Positions 19,475 through 28,590 of a DNA stretch of 64,000 nt are shown in pieces. The stretch spans positions 31,892-95,891 of the forward strand of contig CAMKEI010000003.1 of assembly GCA_946411525.1 (NCBI GenBank). The letters are read 5' to 3'. The DNA is from an uncultured Clostridia bacterium. Lineage in GTDB: Bacteria; Bacillota; Clostridia; Christensenellales; Aristaeellaceae. The translations under genes were made by a program, and so were the position numbers. The notes beneath the pieces are model-generated. The model saw nothing but the letters and a program-made list of their open reading frames with translations, was not told the origin of the DNA and ran no database searches. Numbering within the stretch: position 1 is the first letter of the stretch; every line of letters starts with the position of its first letter.

Positions 19475-19509
19475 TGAGGAAAGAGTCGGGGATCTTTTCT
19501 TTGCCTCAG
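19475..19509. terminator. Imperfect hairpin between convergent rluD and GT-C genes
   Basis: CTGAGG-AAAGAG...CTTTTCTTTG-CCTCAG. Confidence 0.45.
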
Positions 19510-19518
19510 AATACGCAG

Positions 19519-21066
19519 TTACTTATCGGACGGCCTGGCGTATATTTCAATGAGGCCTCCTGAGCATTCGGCAGGCTTGTAATCCCAGAATGTCAGCAGG
19601 TTTTTCACTGCCGTACTGTATTGATGGAAAACCGCACCGCCCTCGCGAAAAACCAGTTTCTCTTTCTGTATCGCGTCATACATTCTGTTTTCCGCCGTGT
19701 ATCTCTGACGTTCATTACGATAGCGGTCATACATTTTACTGCTGATGACGAGATAAGATATTCCTTCAGGCCAGACAATTTCGCCGTTTTCATCCAGTTC
19801 CGCCTCGATAACATGAGGGGACTGAAGCCTCATTGGCGTATAACCGTCATAAAGACTGTTGTCCGAGGTGATTCCCTGATCATCACAATATTTCATTGCG
19901 GTGACTCTTGCGTCCGGGAGAAGAGCCTGAATGGTTATCATACTGCCGGATCCGAGCATATTGAATAATATCAGCGCTGCCAGAACGGCGGAAGGCCATC
20001 TGACCCACCGAACCCTGCCGGAAAGGAGTGCGTGCATTCCCGTCCCGATCAGAATGATAAAAAACACATAGAACGGGAGGCCCCACCTGTCCCAATGCAA
20101 AGCCAGCAGACTGGTGCACAACAGGAAGGCGAGTCCGGTTACCAACGCAAGAACCGGAGCCTTCCGCGGCAGATAGATAAGGCCCGCAACGCCGAAGACA
20201 ATCGCTTCCCAGCCTGTATATGTGAAAAAGTTGCTGAAGTAGAACAGCATATTTCCGAAGAATCCCAATCCATCCGCACCGGCATGCTCCGTCCGGGCTT
20301 CGCGCTGAATTGCGGAGACAACGCTGCCCGCTTCAGTAAACAGATTCGGCGCCAGAATGAAACAGATCAGCAATATCAAAGCAATACAAAGCAGGCCGCT
20401 TTTAAGAATCGCGAGCGGATTCTTCCATTGTCTGATCAGAACAACAGTTGCGATCGGAATCGCACAGATGGCACAGGTATATTTGACGGTAATGCCGACA
20501 GCGACCGGGATACACATCATCAACAGGTTCCGACGGGAGGGAGTATCGAGATACCGGACAGAAAGCCAGGCCGTCAGCATGACAAGAAAGGTCAGTACGA
20601 TATCAGGCGTGCTGTAGGCAGAATGCTGAATAAATAAAGGATAAACGGCAATCAAAGCCGCAGTGATCAGGCCTGACCCCTTTCTGATCCGCTCTGACAG
20701 GAGAAACCCCATGGGGATCATCAGCACTCCCCAGAAAACGGTAAACATTCTGGCCACCAGATAAAAGGCCATCTGGTGCGTATCAAACATTATCCCTGCC
20801 GAACCGCCGTATACCAGATAGGAAACCATCTGAAACAATACTGCACAGCATTTGATCTCAAAATGATCCGGCCGGTTATAAACATTGACCAGATAGGAAT
20901 GACGCCGAATGATGTCAATGGCATTGCGGACAACAGTGGGCTCATCCGGATGAAGCGGATAAGGAAAACCCCAGAAACAGCAAATCACGCGGAAGGCAGC
21001 ACCGATCAGCATCAGTAAAGCAAGAGGAATGAGACAGCGGCGGTATTTCCGGATTTTTCTGATCAT
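19519..21066 (-). CDS. GT-C fold glycosyltransferase (ArnT/PMT_2, GT39/GT83-like)
   Basis: TM1 followed by LHPDE acidic motif, ARMFTVFWG, YSTPD, AVGITVKY; many TMs and a soluble C-terminal domain; GGAGG RBS before ATG 21066. Confidence 0.85.
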   Translation of the reverse strand: MIRKIRKYRRCLIPLALLMLIGAAFRVICCFWGFPYPLHPDEPTVVRNAIDIIRRHSYLVNVYNRPDHFEIKCCAVLFQMVSYLVYGGSAGIMFDTHQMAFYLVARMFTVFWGVLMIPMGFLLSERIRKGSGLITAALIAVYPLFIQHSAYSTPDIVLTFLVMLTAWLSVRYLDTPSRRNLLMMCIPVAVGITVKYTCAICAIPIATVVLIRQWKNPLAILKSGLLCIALILLICFILAPNLFTEAGSVVSAIQREARTEHAGADGLGFFGNMLFYFSNFFTYTGWEAIVFGVAGLIYLPRKAPVLALVTGLAFLLCTSLLALHWDRWGLPFYVFFIILIGTGMHALLSGRVRWVRWPSAVLAALILFNMLGSGSMITIQALLPDARVTAMKYCDDQGITSDNSLYDGYTPMRLQSPHVIEAELDENGEIVWPEGISYLVISSKMYDRYRNERQRYTAENRMYDAIQKEKLVFREGGAVFHQYSTAVKNLLTFWDYKPAECSGGLIEIYARPSDK

Positions 21067-21125
21067 TTTCTGCCTCCCAGCGCCCATGAGCATTATGATT
21101 TTCCATCAACAGTATCGATGTTCCT

Positions 21126-21995
21126 TCATTTGGAGCCTGTTCCCCATTCGTCCTTGATTTCCTCAAGATAACGGTCGAGGGCATTCTCAACGGAAGGCAT
21201 GGGTCCGAAGCCGGACTCGGCAAGCCTGGAACCGTCAAGGCGGGAATTGAGAGGGCGTTTCGCGGGGGTCGGATATTCGGAAGTGGAAACCGGCACAACC
21301 CGGCAGGGGAGGCCAGCCTTATTCACAATCATTTTCGCAAAATCGTACCAGGAGATAAAACCTTCGTTGCGGACGTGATAGATGCCGTATTTCTCAGTCG
21401 GCAGCAGATCACAGATAACGCGGGCGAGATCCCTGGAATAGGTGGGGGATCCGATCTGGTCGCTGACCACACGGATCTCCTTTTTTTCCCTGCCCAGTCG
21501 CAGGATCGAGCGGACAAAGTTGTGGCCGTTCTTCCCGAAGACCCAGCTGGTGCGCAGGATGAAGTAACGGGTCATCAGGGAGCGGACGGCATCCTCGCCC
21601 TGGACCTTGCTCATGCCGTACACATTCAGGGGACCGTAGGCGTCGTCGATCTTCCAGGGCTGATCCCCCGTGCCCGGGAAGACATAGTCCGTGGAGATGA
21701 AGACGATCTTGGCGCCGACGCTCAGGGCAGCGCGGACCACGTTCACGGTACCCATACCGTTGACTGCCGCGCAGATTTCCGGCTGGGATTCCGCCTTGTC
21801 AACATTGGTGTACGCGGCACAGTGGACGATGGCGGTGGGGCGGTAGGACCGGACATAGTCTTTGACGGCCTGACCGTCAGCCAGGTCGAAGTCCTGCATG
21901 TCGACACCGCGGCATTCGATGCCCCGGGCCTGAAGCAACTGAACCGTATCCCAGCCCAGCTGGCCCGCGAAACCTGTTACTAATACTCGCATCAT
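21126..21995 (-). CDS. rfbD: dTDP-4-dehydrorhamnose reductase
   Basis: VTGFAGQLG, HCAAYTNVDKAE, ISTDYVFPG, PLNVYGMSK, LRTSWVFG, DQIGSPT, TPAKRPLNSRL. Confidence 0.96.
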   Translation of the reverse strand: MMRVLVTGFAGQLGWDTVQLLQARGIECRGVDMQDFDLADGQAVKDYVRSYRPTAIVHCAAYTNVDKAESQPEICAAVNGMGTVNVVRAALSVGAKIVFISTDYVFPGTGDQPWKIDDAYGPLNVYGMSKVQGEDAVRSLMTRYFILRTSWVFGKNGHNFVRSILRLGREKKEIRVVSDQIGSPTYSRDLARVICDLLPTEKYGIYHVRNEGFISWYDFAKMIVNKAGLPCRVVPVSTSEYPTPAKRPLNSRLDGSRLAESGFGPMPSVENALDRYLEEIKDEWGTGSK

Positions 21996-22131
21996 TCTCC
22001 CTTTCCTCCTGCTCCTTTTCCTGCGGCTGTCCAATGCAAAAGAGATTGTCGGACAACACGGGGACGGGAATAATCCTAAAACCGGGGTTTCACCCCGGAA
22101 CTTTGCCGGCGGGGTCAAAAACGGGCAGATT

Positions 22132-22162
22132 AAAGAAGGCTGAAACCATTAAGGTTTCAGCC
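22132..22162 (-). terminator. Terminator of the aspartate kinase gene
   Basis: GGCTGAAACC-attaa-GGTTTCAGCC perfect stem with T-rich tail on the minus strand. Confidence 0.75.
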
Positions 22163-23479
22163 GACGAATTCATGGTAAATTGCGTGGATGGTGGCTTCGA
22201 AGTCGGAATCGTTGACGCCGACGATAATGCTCAGCTCGCTGGAGCCCTGATCGATCATCCGCACGTTGATGCGCGCGCGGCTCATGGCGCCGAACAAACG
22301 GGCGGCGGTGCCGCAGTTGTGTACCATGCCGCGGCCGACGGTCGCGATGATGGACATGTTATCGCTCACGGAAACGCTGCCGCTGCCCTCAACCAAATGT
22401 TCAATTTCCCGGAGGATTTCCACGCGGTGGGGTTCCAGGGCGGGGCTTGACACGACAACGCACATGCTGTCAATGCCGGTGGGCATGTGTTCGAACGATA
22501 CGCCGTAGTTTTCGAGCACCTGCAGCACCTTGCGACCAAAGCCGACTTCGCTGTTCATCATGTTCTTTTCCACGGAGATAACGCTGTATCCCTTATGGCC
22601 GGCAATACCGGTAATGGTGGGAACGGAAATCTCATTCGGCGCGTTTTTGCTGATCATGGTGCCGGGATGATAAGGCTTGTTGGTGTTGCGGATATTCGTG
22701 GGAATGCCGGCTTTGTGTACAGGGAACATCGCGTCCTCGTGCAGGACGGAAGCGCCCATATGGCTCAGTTCCCGCAGTTCCTTATAGGTAATGGACGATA
22801 TTTCCGCCGGGCCGTCGATGACCCGGGGATCCGCCATCAGGAAACCGGACACGTCGGTCCAGTTCTCATAGACGTCCGCGTTCACCGCGCGGGCTACAAG
22901 GGCGCCGGTAATGTCGCTGCCGCCGCGGGAGAAGGTGCAGACCTCTCCGTTTTCCTTCGCACCGTAGAAGCCCGGAACAACAGCCGACTGTCCGTCCTTC
23001 AGCACAGCGGAAAGCTTTTCCTGCGTCCGCTCATCGTCAAGCGTACCATCCTCATGGAAAACGATGCCGTCGGCGGCGTCCACAAACTTCCAGCCCAGAT
23101 AATCCGCCATGAGGATGGCGCAGAGGTATTCACCCCGGCTGGCGCACCAGGCTTTTCCCTTCCCGCCGGCGATGCCCTGCTCCACCTCATCAAGCTTCGC
23201 GGCGATATCCACCTTCAGATGGAGACCCTGGGCGATGGACAGGTAGCGGTCCCGGATTCGGGCGAAAGGCTCGGCAAAGGGTTTTCCGCCGGCAGCGAGC
23301 GAATGGCACTGATAGAGCAGATCCGTCACTTTATCGTCATCCCCGAAGCGCTTTCCGGGCGCACTGGGGACCAGGTACCGACGGGTGGGTTCCAGCTCCA
23401 GGATGCTGCGCACCTTGCGGAACTGTTCATCATTGGCCAGCGAACTGCCGCCAAACTTGGTCACGATACATTCGAGCAC
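22157..23479 (-). CDS. lysC: Aspartate kinase
   Basis: KFGGSSLA, SAPGK, SRGE, TFSRGGSDITG, ENWTDVSG, GASVLH; two ACT domains; GTG start with GGAGG RBS. Confidence 0.93.
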   Translation of the reverse strand: MLECIVTKFGGSSLANDEQFRKVRSILELEPTRRYLVPSAPGKRFGDDDKVTDLLYQCHSLAAGGKPFAEPFARIRDRYLSIAQGLHLKVDIAAKLDEVEQGIAGGKGKAWCASRGEYLCAILMADYLGWKFVDAADGIVFHEDGTLDDERTQEKLSAVLKDGQSAVVPGFYGAKENGEVCTFSRGGSDITGALVARAVNADVYENWTDVSGFLMADPRVIDGPAEISSITYKELRELSHMGASVLHEDAMFPVHKAGIPTNIRNTNKPYHPGTMISKNAPNEISVPTITGIAGHKGYSVISVEKNMMNSEVGFGRKVLQVLENYGVSFEHMPTGIDSMCVVVSSPALEPHRVEILREIEHLVEGSGSVSVSDNMSIIATVGRGMVHNCGTAARLFGAMSRARINVRMIDQGSSELSIIVGVNDSDFEATIHAIYHEFVG

Positions 23480-23542
23480 AGGGAGACCTCCGGTTCAATT
23501 CGTAATGATAAGATCACTGGTCTGCACAACAGACCAAACTAT

Positions 23543-23572
23543 ATAATAATGCCAATAAGCCTTATATGTCAA
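23543..23572 (-). promoter_or_regulatory. Putative promoter of aspartate kinase
   Basis: TTGACA-N18-TATTAT on the minus strand. Confidence 0.5.
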
Positions 23573-23589
23573 ACATTTTCGGGTGATTC

Positions 23590-24300
23590 TCACATATGCG
23601 GCGGGGCAGTGACGGTCAGGGCGAAAAGCTGTTCAGCGCCGCCTGACCGGAGTGCATCCGCACAGCGGCACAGGGTGGTACCGGTGGTGCGGACATCGTC
23701 GACGATAAGCACCGGGAAAGCGATCCGTTCCTTCGGACGAAAAGCGCCTGTGAGATTAGCGGCGCGCTGCTCTGCGCTGAGGTTGACCTGGCGCTTTTCA
23801 TGCCTGTCCCGGCGAAGGAGCAGCTGCCTGCAAGGCAGAGACAGTTTTTCCGCAAAGGCCTCCGCCAACAGGCGTCCGTGGTCGACAGCCCGCTCGCGGC
23901 GGCGGGATTCAGGCATGGTAACCCAGGTGACGACGGTATCCGGCGGAAAGGAGATGTCCGGCGGCAGGGGGAGAAGAAGTTCCGAGAGCAGACGGGCGGC
24001 ACGGGCTTCTGCATTGTATTTGAGCCGGATAATCAGTTCCCGCGGCACGCTGTCGTGCGGGCGGAGCGACCAGGCCGGCAGATCCGGCGCGGGATCAGAC
24101 CTCGTCCAGGCAAAAAAGGCGCCGTCATTCCGGAGGGATTTGAGGCAGTCCGCACAGAGTCCGCCGCCGTCTGTGATTCTGCCGCAGGCACAGCAGAGCG
24201 CGCCTTCCGGCCAGAGAACGTCTTTTGTCCAGCCGGCAAGCGCTTTTTCAAGTGGTCCCCACTTGCCGAAGAGCCATTTTTCAAACGCGCGGGAGCTCAT
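23590..24300 (-). CDS. comF: ComF/GntX family phosphoribosyltransferase-like protein
   Basis: N-terminal CxxC..CxxC, LIIRLKY, QRAANLTGAF, VLIVDDVRTTGTT. Confidence 0.88.
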   Translation of the reverse strand: MSSRAFEKWLFGKWGPLEKALAGWTKDVLWPEGALCCACGRITDGGGLCADCLKSLRNDGAFFAWTRSDPAPDLPAWSLRPHDSVPRELIIRLKYNAEARAARLLSELLLPLPPDISFPPDTVVTWVTMPESRRRERAVDHGRLLAEAFAEKLSLPCRQLLLRRDRHEKRQVNLSAEQRAANLTGAFRPKERIAFPVLIVDDVRTTGTTLCRCADALRSGGAEQLFALTVTAPPHM

Positions 24301-26528
24301 GGCACCAGCTCCCGCGTTCCGATAAGCCGCTCAGCCAGCGTGGTGCAGCGGCGGATCACATGATCGTTTTCCACCATCCGGCGAATGACCTGTTCAGTAC
24401 CGACAAGGACAACCAGGTTCCGTGCGCGGGTCAGGGCGGTATAGAGCAGGTTGCGGGTGAGGAGCATGGGCGGACCCGGCGTGACCGGCATGACGATGAC
24501 CGGAAACTCACTCCCCTGTGCCTTATGAACGCTCAGGCAGTAAGCCTGTTCCAGGTCCTCCAGATCACCGGACTCGTAGGTTACTTCGCGGTCCTCGTCA
24601 AAGCAGACGGTGAGCAGGTGGTTTTCCGGATCCATGCCGACGATGAAACCCACGTCGCCGTTGAAGACGCCGGCGCCTTCCTCGGTTCCGCCGGCGGTTT
24701 TCCGGCGCCATGGCAGGCGGTAGTCATTCCGGGTCTGGATGACCTTATCGCCGAGACGGAACAGGGTTTCGCCCCAAAGGAACTGAGGCTTGTCCGGTGA
24801 TGGCGGGTTCAGGACCTCCTGCAGGCGGAGATTGAGGCTGTTGACTCCGCACTCTCCTTTCCGGGAAGGAGCGAGGACCTGGATGTTTCGTACGGACAGC
24901 GCGAGCCGTTCCTTTTCCGGATAGTGCAGATACCCGGGCAGGCGGGTGGTGACCAGGGCGGTGATGCTTTGGGCGGCTTCAGCGAGCGAGGCTTTACGCT
25001 CGAAGAAGAAATCAGTTCCCTTTTCGTTAAGCAGAGGCATCTTTCCGCTGTTGATCAGATGGGCGTTGAGGACGATATGGCTTTGACCGCTCTGGCGGTA
25101 AATTTCCGTAAGGCGGGCGCAGGGGACCTCCCCGCTGTCGAGGATATCACCCAGGACATTGCCTGCGCCGACGCTGGGAAGCTGATCCGCGTCACCGACA
25201 AGAATCAGGCGGGTACCGGGGCGGATGGCTTTGAGCAGAGCGCGCATGAGCATCAGGTCGATCATCGAAGTTTCATCCGCGATGACGCAGTCTGTTTCAA
25301 GCGGATTATCCTCCGTGCGCGTAAAGGCACCCTGTTCTCCGCTGTATTCCAGCAGGCGGTGGATGGTTTTCGCTTCCGCACCGGTAGCTTCGCTCATGCG
25401 CTTGGCAGCACGGCCGGTCGGAGCACACAGGACTGTTTCATGCTCGCGGGAGAGAAGTTCCAGGATACAGTTGATGATGGTGGTTTTGCCTGTACCCGGG
25501 CCGCCGGTAATGACGAAGACGCCGTTTTCCAGCGCGCCGGCGATCGCCTGACGCTGGGTCGGGGAGAAATCAATACCGCGGGCTTTTTCAAAGGCTGAGA
25601 TCGCACGGGAGACGCCGGCGTACCTGCCCGGATCGACGGAGAGCATGAGGCGCCGGATCATCAGGGCGACCTCCTGCTCCGCACAGCGGTACCAGGGCAG
25701 ATAGACACGGCGGATACCGTTATCGTCGGACTCGGACTGGAGAACGCCTGAAATGAGCATGGCGTGCAGCGCCTGATTGCAAAGTTCCGGGGAAACGCCG
25801 AGCAGGGAAGCGGACGCGGAACACAGTTCATCTTCCGGAAGATAAACATGACCGGAGGACGCGGCGGCGTCCAGCAGGATATATTTCATGGCGGAACGGA
25901 TACGGTTTTCGCTTTCCGGCGGGATTCCCAGGGATAAGCCGATGCGGTCTGCGGTTTTAAAACCGACGCCTTCCAGATCGTCACAGAGGCGGTAGGGGTT
26001 TTCCCGGACAATCTCAGGCGTACGATCACCGTAATACCGGCTGATACGGACCGAGAGGGCAGGGGAAATCCCGTAGGACTGGAGAAAGATCATTGCCCTG
26101 CGGGTGCTTTGCTGCTCCCGGAAGCTTTCAGCAATCATGGAAGCCCGTTTCCGGCCGACGCCGTGGACTTCGCACAGGCGTTCCGGGTGCTCGGAGAGGA
26201 TGGCGAGGGTGTCTTCACCAAAGGCGGCAACGATCAGGGCGGCGGTGGAGGGACCTACGCCGTGGATCAGCCCGCTGCCGAGGAAACGCTCGATACCAAG
26301 GAGCGTGGTGGGCGTTTTCAGTTCGCAGAAGGAACAGCGAAACTGGCGGCCGTAGGTACGGTGCTCGGTCCAGTCGCCTGTGAAGACAGCCTGCTCGCCG
26401 GGGCTGAGCTCCGGGAGGGTGCCGATAACAGTGACCTCAGACCGGCCTGCCCGGACAGTCAGGACGGAATAACCGTTTTCCTGATTACGGAAGACGGTAC
26501 CCTCGACGGTCGCCTCAAGCTGTTCCAT
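24297..26528 (-). CDS. recD2: RecD2 (RecD/TraA-like) ATP-dependent DNA helicase
   Basis: ENPYRL, GFKTAD, ITGGPGTGKTT, APTGRAAKR, TIHRLL, DETSM, VGDADQLPSVG, HKAQGSE, LLYTALTRA. Confidence 0.95.
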   Translation of the reverse strand: MEQLEATVEGTVFRNQENGYSVLTVRAGRSEVTVIGTLPELSPGEQAVFTGDWTEHRTYGRQFRCSFCELKTPTTLLGIERFLGSGLIHGVGPSTAALIVAAFGEDTLAILSEHPERLCEVHGVGRKRASMIAESFREQQSTRRAMIFLQSYGISPALSVRISRYYGDRTPEIVRENPYRLCDDLEGVGFKTADRIGLSLGIPPESENRIRSAMKYILLDAAASSGHVYLPEDELCSASASLLGVSPELCNQALHAMLISGVLQSESDDNGIRRVYLPWYRCAEQEVALMIRRLMLSVDPGRYAGVSRAISAFEKARGIDFSPTQRQAIAGALENGVFVITGGPGTGKTTIINCILELLSREHETVLCAPTGRAAKRMSEATGAEAKTIHRLLEYSGEQGAFTRTEDNPLETDCVIADETSMIDLMLMRALLKAIRPGTRLILVGDADQLPSVGAGNVLGDILDSGEVPCARLTEIYRQSGQSHIVLNAHLINSGKMPLLNEKGTDFFFERKASLAEAAQSITALVTTRLPGYLHYPEKERLALSVRNIQVLAPSRKGECGVNSLNLRLQEVLNPPSPDKPQFLWGETLFRLGDKVIQTRNDYRLPWRRKTAGGTEEGAGVFNGDVGFIVGMDPENHLLTVCFDEDREVTYESGDLEDLEQAYCLSVHKAQGSEFPVIVMPVTPGPPMLLTRNLLYTALTRARNLVVLVGTEQVIRRMVENDHVIRRCTTLAERLIGTRELVP

Positions 26529-26537
26529 GGTTTCTCC

Positions 26538-26558
26538 AATTCATCATTCACAATTCAT
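26538..26558 (+). repeat. Heptamer tandem array
   Basis: aattcat-cattcac-aattcat. Confidence 0.7.
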
Positions 26559-26593
26559 GATTATCATCGCAATTTTATCATAGAAAACTTCTA

Positions 26594-26622
26594 TTGTCAT
26601 CAGAGTCGCGGTTTGATATAAT
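26594..26622 (+). promoter_or_regulatory. Putative sigmaA promoter (overlaps a divergent recD2 promoter)
   Basis: TTGTCA-N17-TATAAT with TG extension; the minus strand has ATGACA-N17-TAAAAT. Confidence 0.6.
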
Positions 26623-26665
26623 AATTCACAAGCTTACAAACAAAAGGGACAGAGGAGTGGCACGT

Positions 26666-27937
26666 ATGGATCTGATGAGAACCCTGCTGATATATATGTC
26701 GGCGACATTGATGCTGGCGGTGCAGAACACTGCCGCTCCGAAAGAAACGCCCGTGCCGACCGCCGCCCCGCAGGCGATTGTGGAAACGGTCGCGACGCCG
26801 GCGTCCGGGGAAACGTCATCCATGGCAACGCCGAAAGCGCAGGCCGTCCCGGGGACGGACGGGACGGTAAAGATCACGCCCGCACCGGTGCCGGAAATAA
26901 CCCCGAATACGAAAGCTTACCACAACATCGGGATGGGCGCAAAGGGCAAGGAAGTCAGGAAGCTGCAGGAAAAACTGATCGAGCTGCGCTATCTGCCTGA
27001 AGGCTCCGCGGACGGCGCGTACGGACGGCAGACCTATAACGCAGTTAAGAAATTCCAGTATTACAACGGACTTACGGCGGACGGCATCGCCGGACGGCGG
27101 ACACAGACATATCTGTTTGAGAATCCGGATATATTCCCGAATCCTGAAGCCGCGCCGACGGAAGCACCTGTGACCGAGGCGCCCGCGACCGAAGCACCGA
27201 CAGAGGAACCGACTGCAGCCCCGACCGAAGCACCGACACCGGAACCGACGGAGGCGCCGACGGAAGCCCCGACCGAAGCACCGACCGAGGAACCGACCGA
27301 GGAACCGACAGAGGAACCGACCGAAGCACCGACCGAAGCACCGACCGAGGAACCGACAGAGGAACCGACCGAGGAACCGACAGAGGAACCGACAGAGGAA
27401 CCGACAGAAGAACTTTCAGAAAAACCGGAAGAGACTGAGGCTCCGGAGAATACAGAGGAACCGGAAGAAATTATCGAAAACGTGGACCTGGACGCGGATG
27501 TGTACGAACTGATTACTGCTTCGGTCGCGCTGAACGAGGGAGAAGGCCCGCTGGAATTTGTCGCGACGGAAGACGGCGTCCCGGTGAAAGCCCATCCGCG
27601 GCTGAGCCAGAATGGCGCGAAGATCCGGATCAGCCTGGACGACCTGTGCGCCTGCGTTGAACACTGGCAGCTGACGGATGACGGCGTGGGATCGGTGGTG
27701 CTGGAAGCGGCCGGATACACACTGGTGCTGTACAATGAGGGCAGCGGCTGTTCTGCCACACTGGACGGTATGGAAATCCCGATGACGGAAAGCGACTTTG
27801 ACTTTGCCACAGAAGGTCACTTTATCAACGCTGAATTCCTGGCCGGTGCGCTGAAGGGCGAGGCGGTCTGGGACCAGGAGGAGAACACGCTGATGCTCCG
27901 GATCCGTGACAAGGAAGCGGTCGAATCCGAAGACTGA
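26666..27937 (+). CDS. Secreted PG-binding protein with PT(E/A) repeat stalk and copper-amine-oxidase-N-like C-terminal domain
   Basis: GAGGAG RBS; signal-like N-terminus; GAKGKEVRKLQEKLIELRYL...DGIAG PG_binding_1 domain; ~21 PTEE/PTEA units; ...LAGALKGEAVWD. Confidence 0.8.
   Translation: MDLMRTLLIYMSATLMLAVQNTAAPKETPVPTAAPQAIVETVATPASGETSSMATPKAQAVPGTDGTVKITPAPVPEITPNTKAYHNIGMGAKGKEVRKLQEKLIELRYLPEGSADGAYGRQTYNAVKKFQYYNGLTADGIAGRRTQTYLFENPDIFPNPEAAPTEAPVTEAPATEAPTEEPTAAPTEAPTPEPTEAPTEAPTEAPTEEPTEEPTEEPTEAPTEAPTEEPTEEPTEEPTEEPTEEPTEELSEKPEETEAPENTEEPEEIIENVDLDADVYELITASVALNEGEGPLEFVATEDGVPVKAHPRLSQNGAKIRISLDDLCACVEHWQLTDDGVGSVVLEAAGYTLVLYNEGSGCSATLDGMEIPMTESDFDFATEGHFINAEFLAGALKGEAVWDQEENTLMLRIRDKEAVESED
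27155..27412 (+). repeat. 12-bp tandem repeat array encoding PTEE/PTEA (PT repeat)
   Basis: ccgac(a/c)gaggaa and ccgaccgaagca units, about 21 copies. Confidence 0.95.
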
Positions 27938-27972
27938 TGGATAATCCGGTCCGGAAATCGCCTGACGGGCAA

Positions 27973-28001
27973 TTGAAACCGATTCTGAAACGGTATATGA
28001 T
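27973..28001 (+). promoter_or_regulatory. Putative promoter of the HPr-like gene
   Basis: TTGAAA-N17-TATGAT. Confidence 0.55.
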
Positions 28002-28119
28002 AGGTGCCTGTCCCGCAAAGGCCGGCGGCAGGCGCAGGGCAGCAAACCCGTGCATCTGCGGCTGACGGCTGAAGACGGGGGCAGAGCGGGAACGACGATC
28101 AAAGAGGAGGTGCTTTGCC

Positions 28120-28359
28120 GTGAAGTCCGTTATGATCCGACTGAGCCTGGTGGAAAACGTAAACAACTTCGTCAATATCGTTACGCGCTATCCGTATGAG
28201 ATGGATCTGCGTGCAGGGCGCCATGTGGTTGACGCCAAGTCAATCCTCGGGATTTTTTCCCTGGATCTTTCCAGACCGATTACACTGGAAATCTACAGCG
28301 ACGACTGCGACGATCTGCTGACACAAATCGAGGCGTTTACCGTGAAAGATGAATCATAA
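28120..28359 (+). CDS. HPr-family protein lacking His15
   Basis: VDAKSILGIFSL Ser46 motif present, GLHARP motif absent; GAGGAGG RBS, GTG start. Confidence 0.88.
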   Translation: MKSVMIRLSLVENVNNFVNIVTRYPYEMDLRAGRHVVDAKSILGIFSLDLSRPITLEIYSDDCDDLLTQIEAFTVKDES

Positions 28360-28376
28360 TTCATAAAAGACGGATG

Positions 28377-28412
28377 ATCTGCCGGCTGAAACAGCCGGCA
28401 GATTTCATTTTT
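28377..28412 (+). terminator. Terminator after the HPr-like gene
   Basis: ATCTGCCGGCTG-aaa-CAGCCGGCAGAT followed by TTCATTTTT. Confidence 0.85.
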
Positions 28413-28453
28413 CCGAACAATGCAGGAAAAAACCTTTTTAATTGTTCGGAAAT
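28409..28453. promoter_or_regulatory. Inverted pair of PurBoxes upstream of purR
   Basis: TTTTCCGAACAAT (28409-28421) and reverse ATTTCCGAACAAT (28441-28453); GAAC-N25-GTTC spacing; next to a TGnTACAAT -10. Confidence 0.75.
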
Positions 28454-28590
28454 GTGATACAATCTTCTGCGGTAAGAAAGATGTGCTTTGGGTCTGCGGG
28501 TCCGGCCGACGGTTTTCAGGCTGCCTACGGATTCCCTCACCCATATCACAGGCATAGAATACGAACATTATGCTGATGGAGAAGACAGTT

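Noticed and set aside
23480-23589. Lysine riboswitch upstream of aspartate kinase
   Set aside because: The intergenic region is only about 110 nt including the promoter, too short, and no L-box motifs are present
27155-27412. Repeat arrays at 27155 and 43203 as CRISPR
   Set aside because: Tandem in-frame coding repeats without unique spacers; no cas genes
27974-27987. cre/LacI-like TGAAACCGATTCTG over the HPr promoter
   Set aside because: Right half does not fit the WCA end and symmetry is poor; insufficient alone
28036-28090. GCAAACCCGT...ACGGGGGCAGAGC in the HPr leader resembling a c-di-GMP-I riboswitch
   Set aside because: Lacks the GNRA loop, the GCAAAR junction and the P2/P3 receptor architecture
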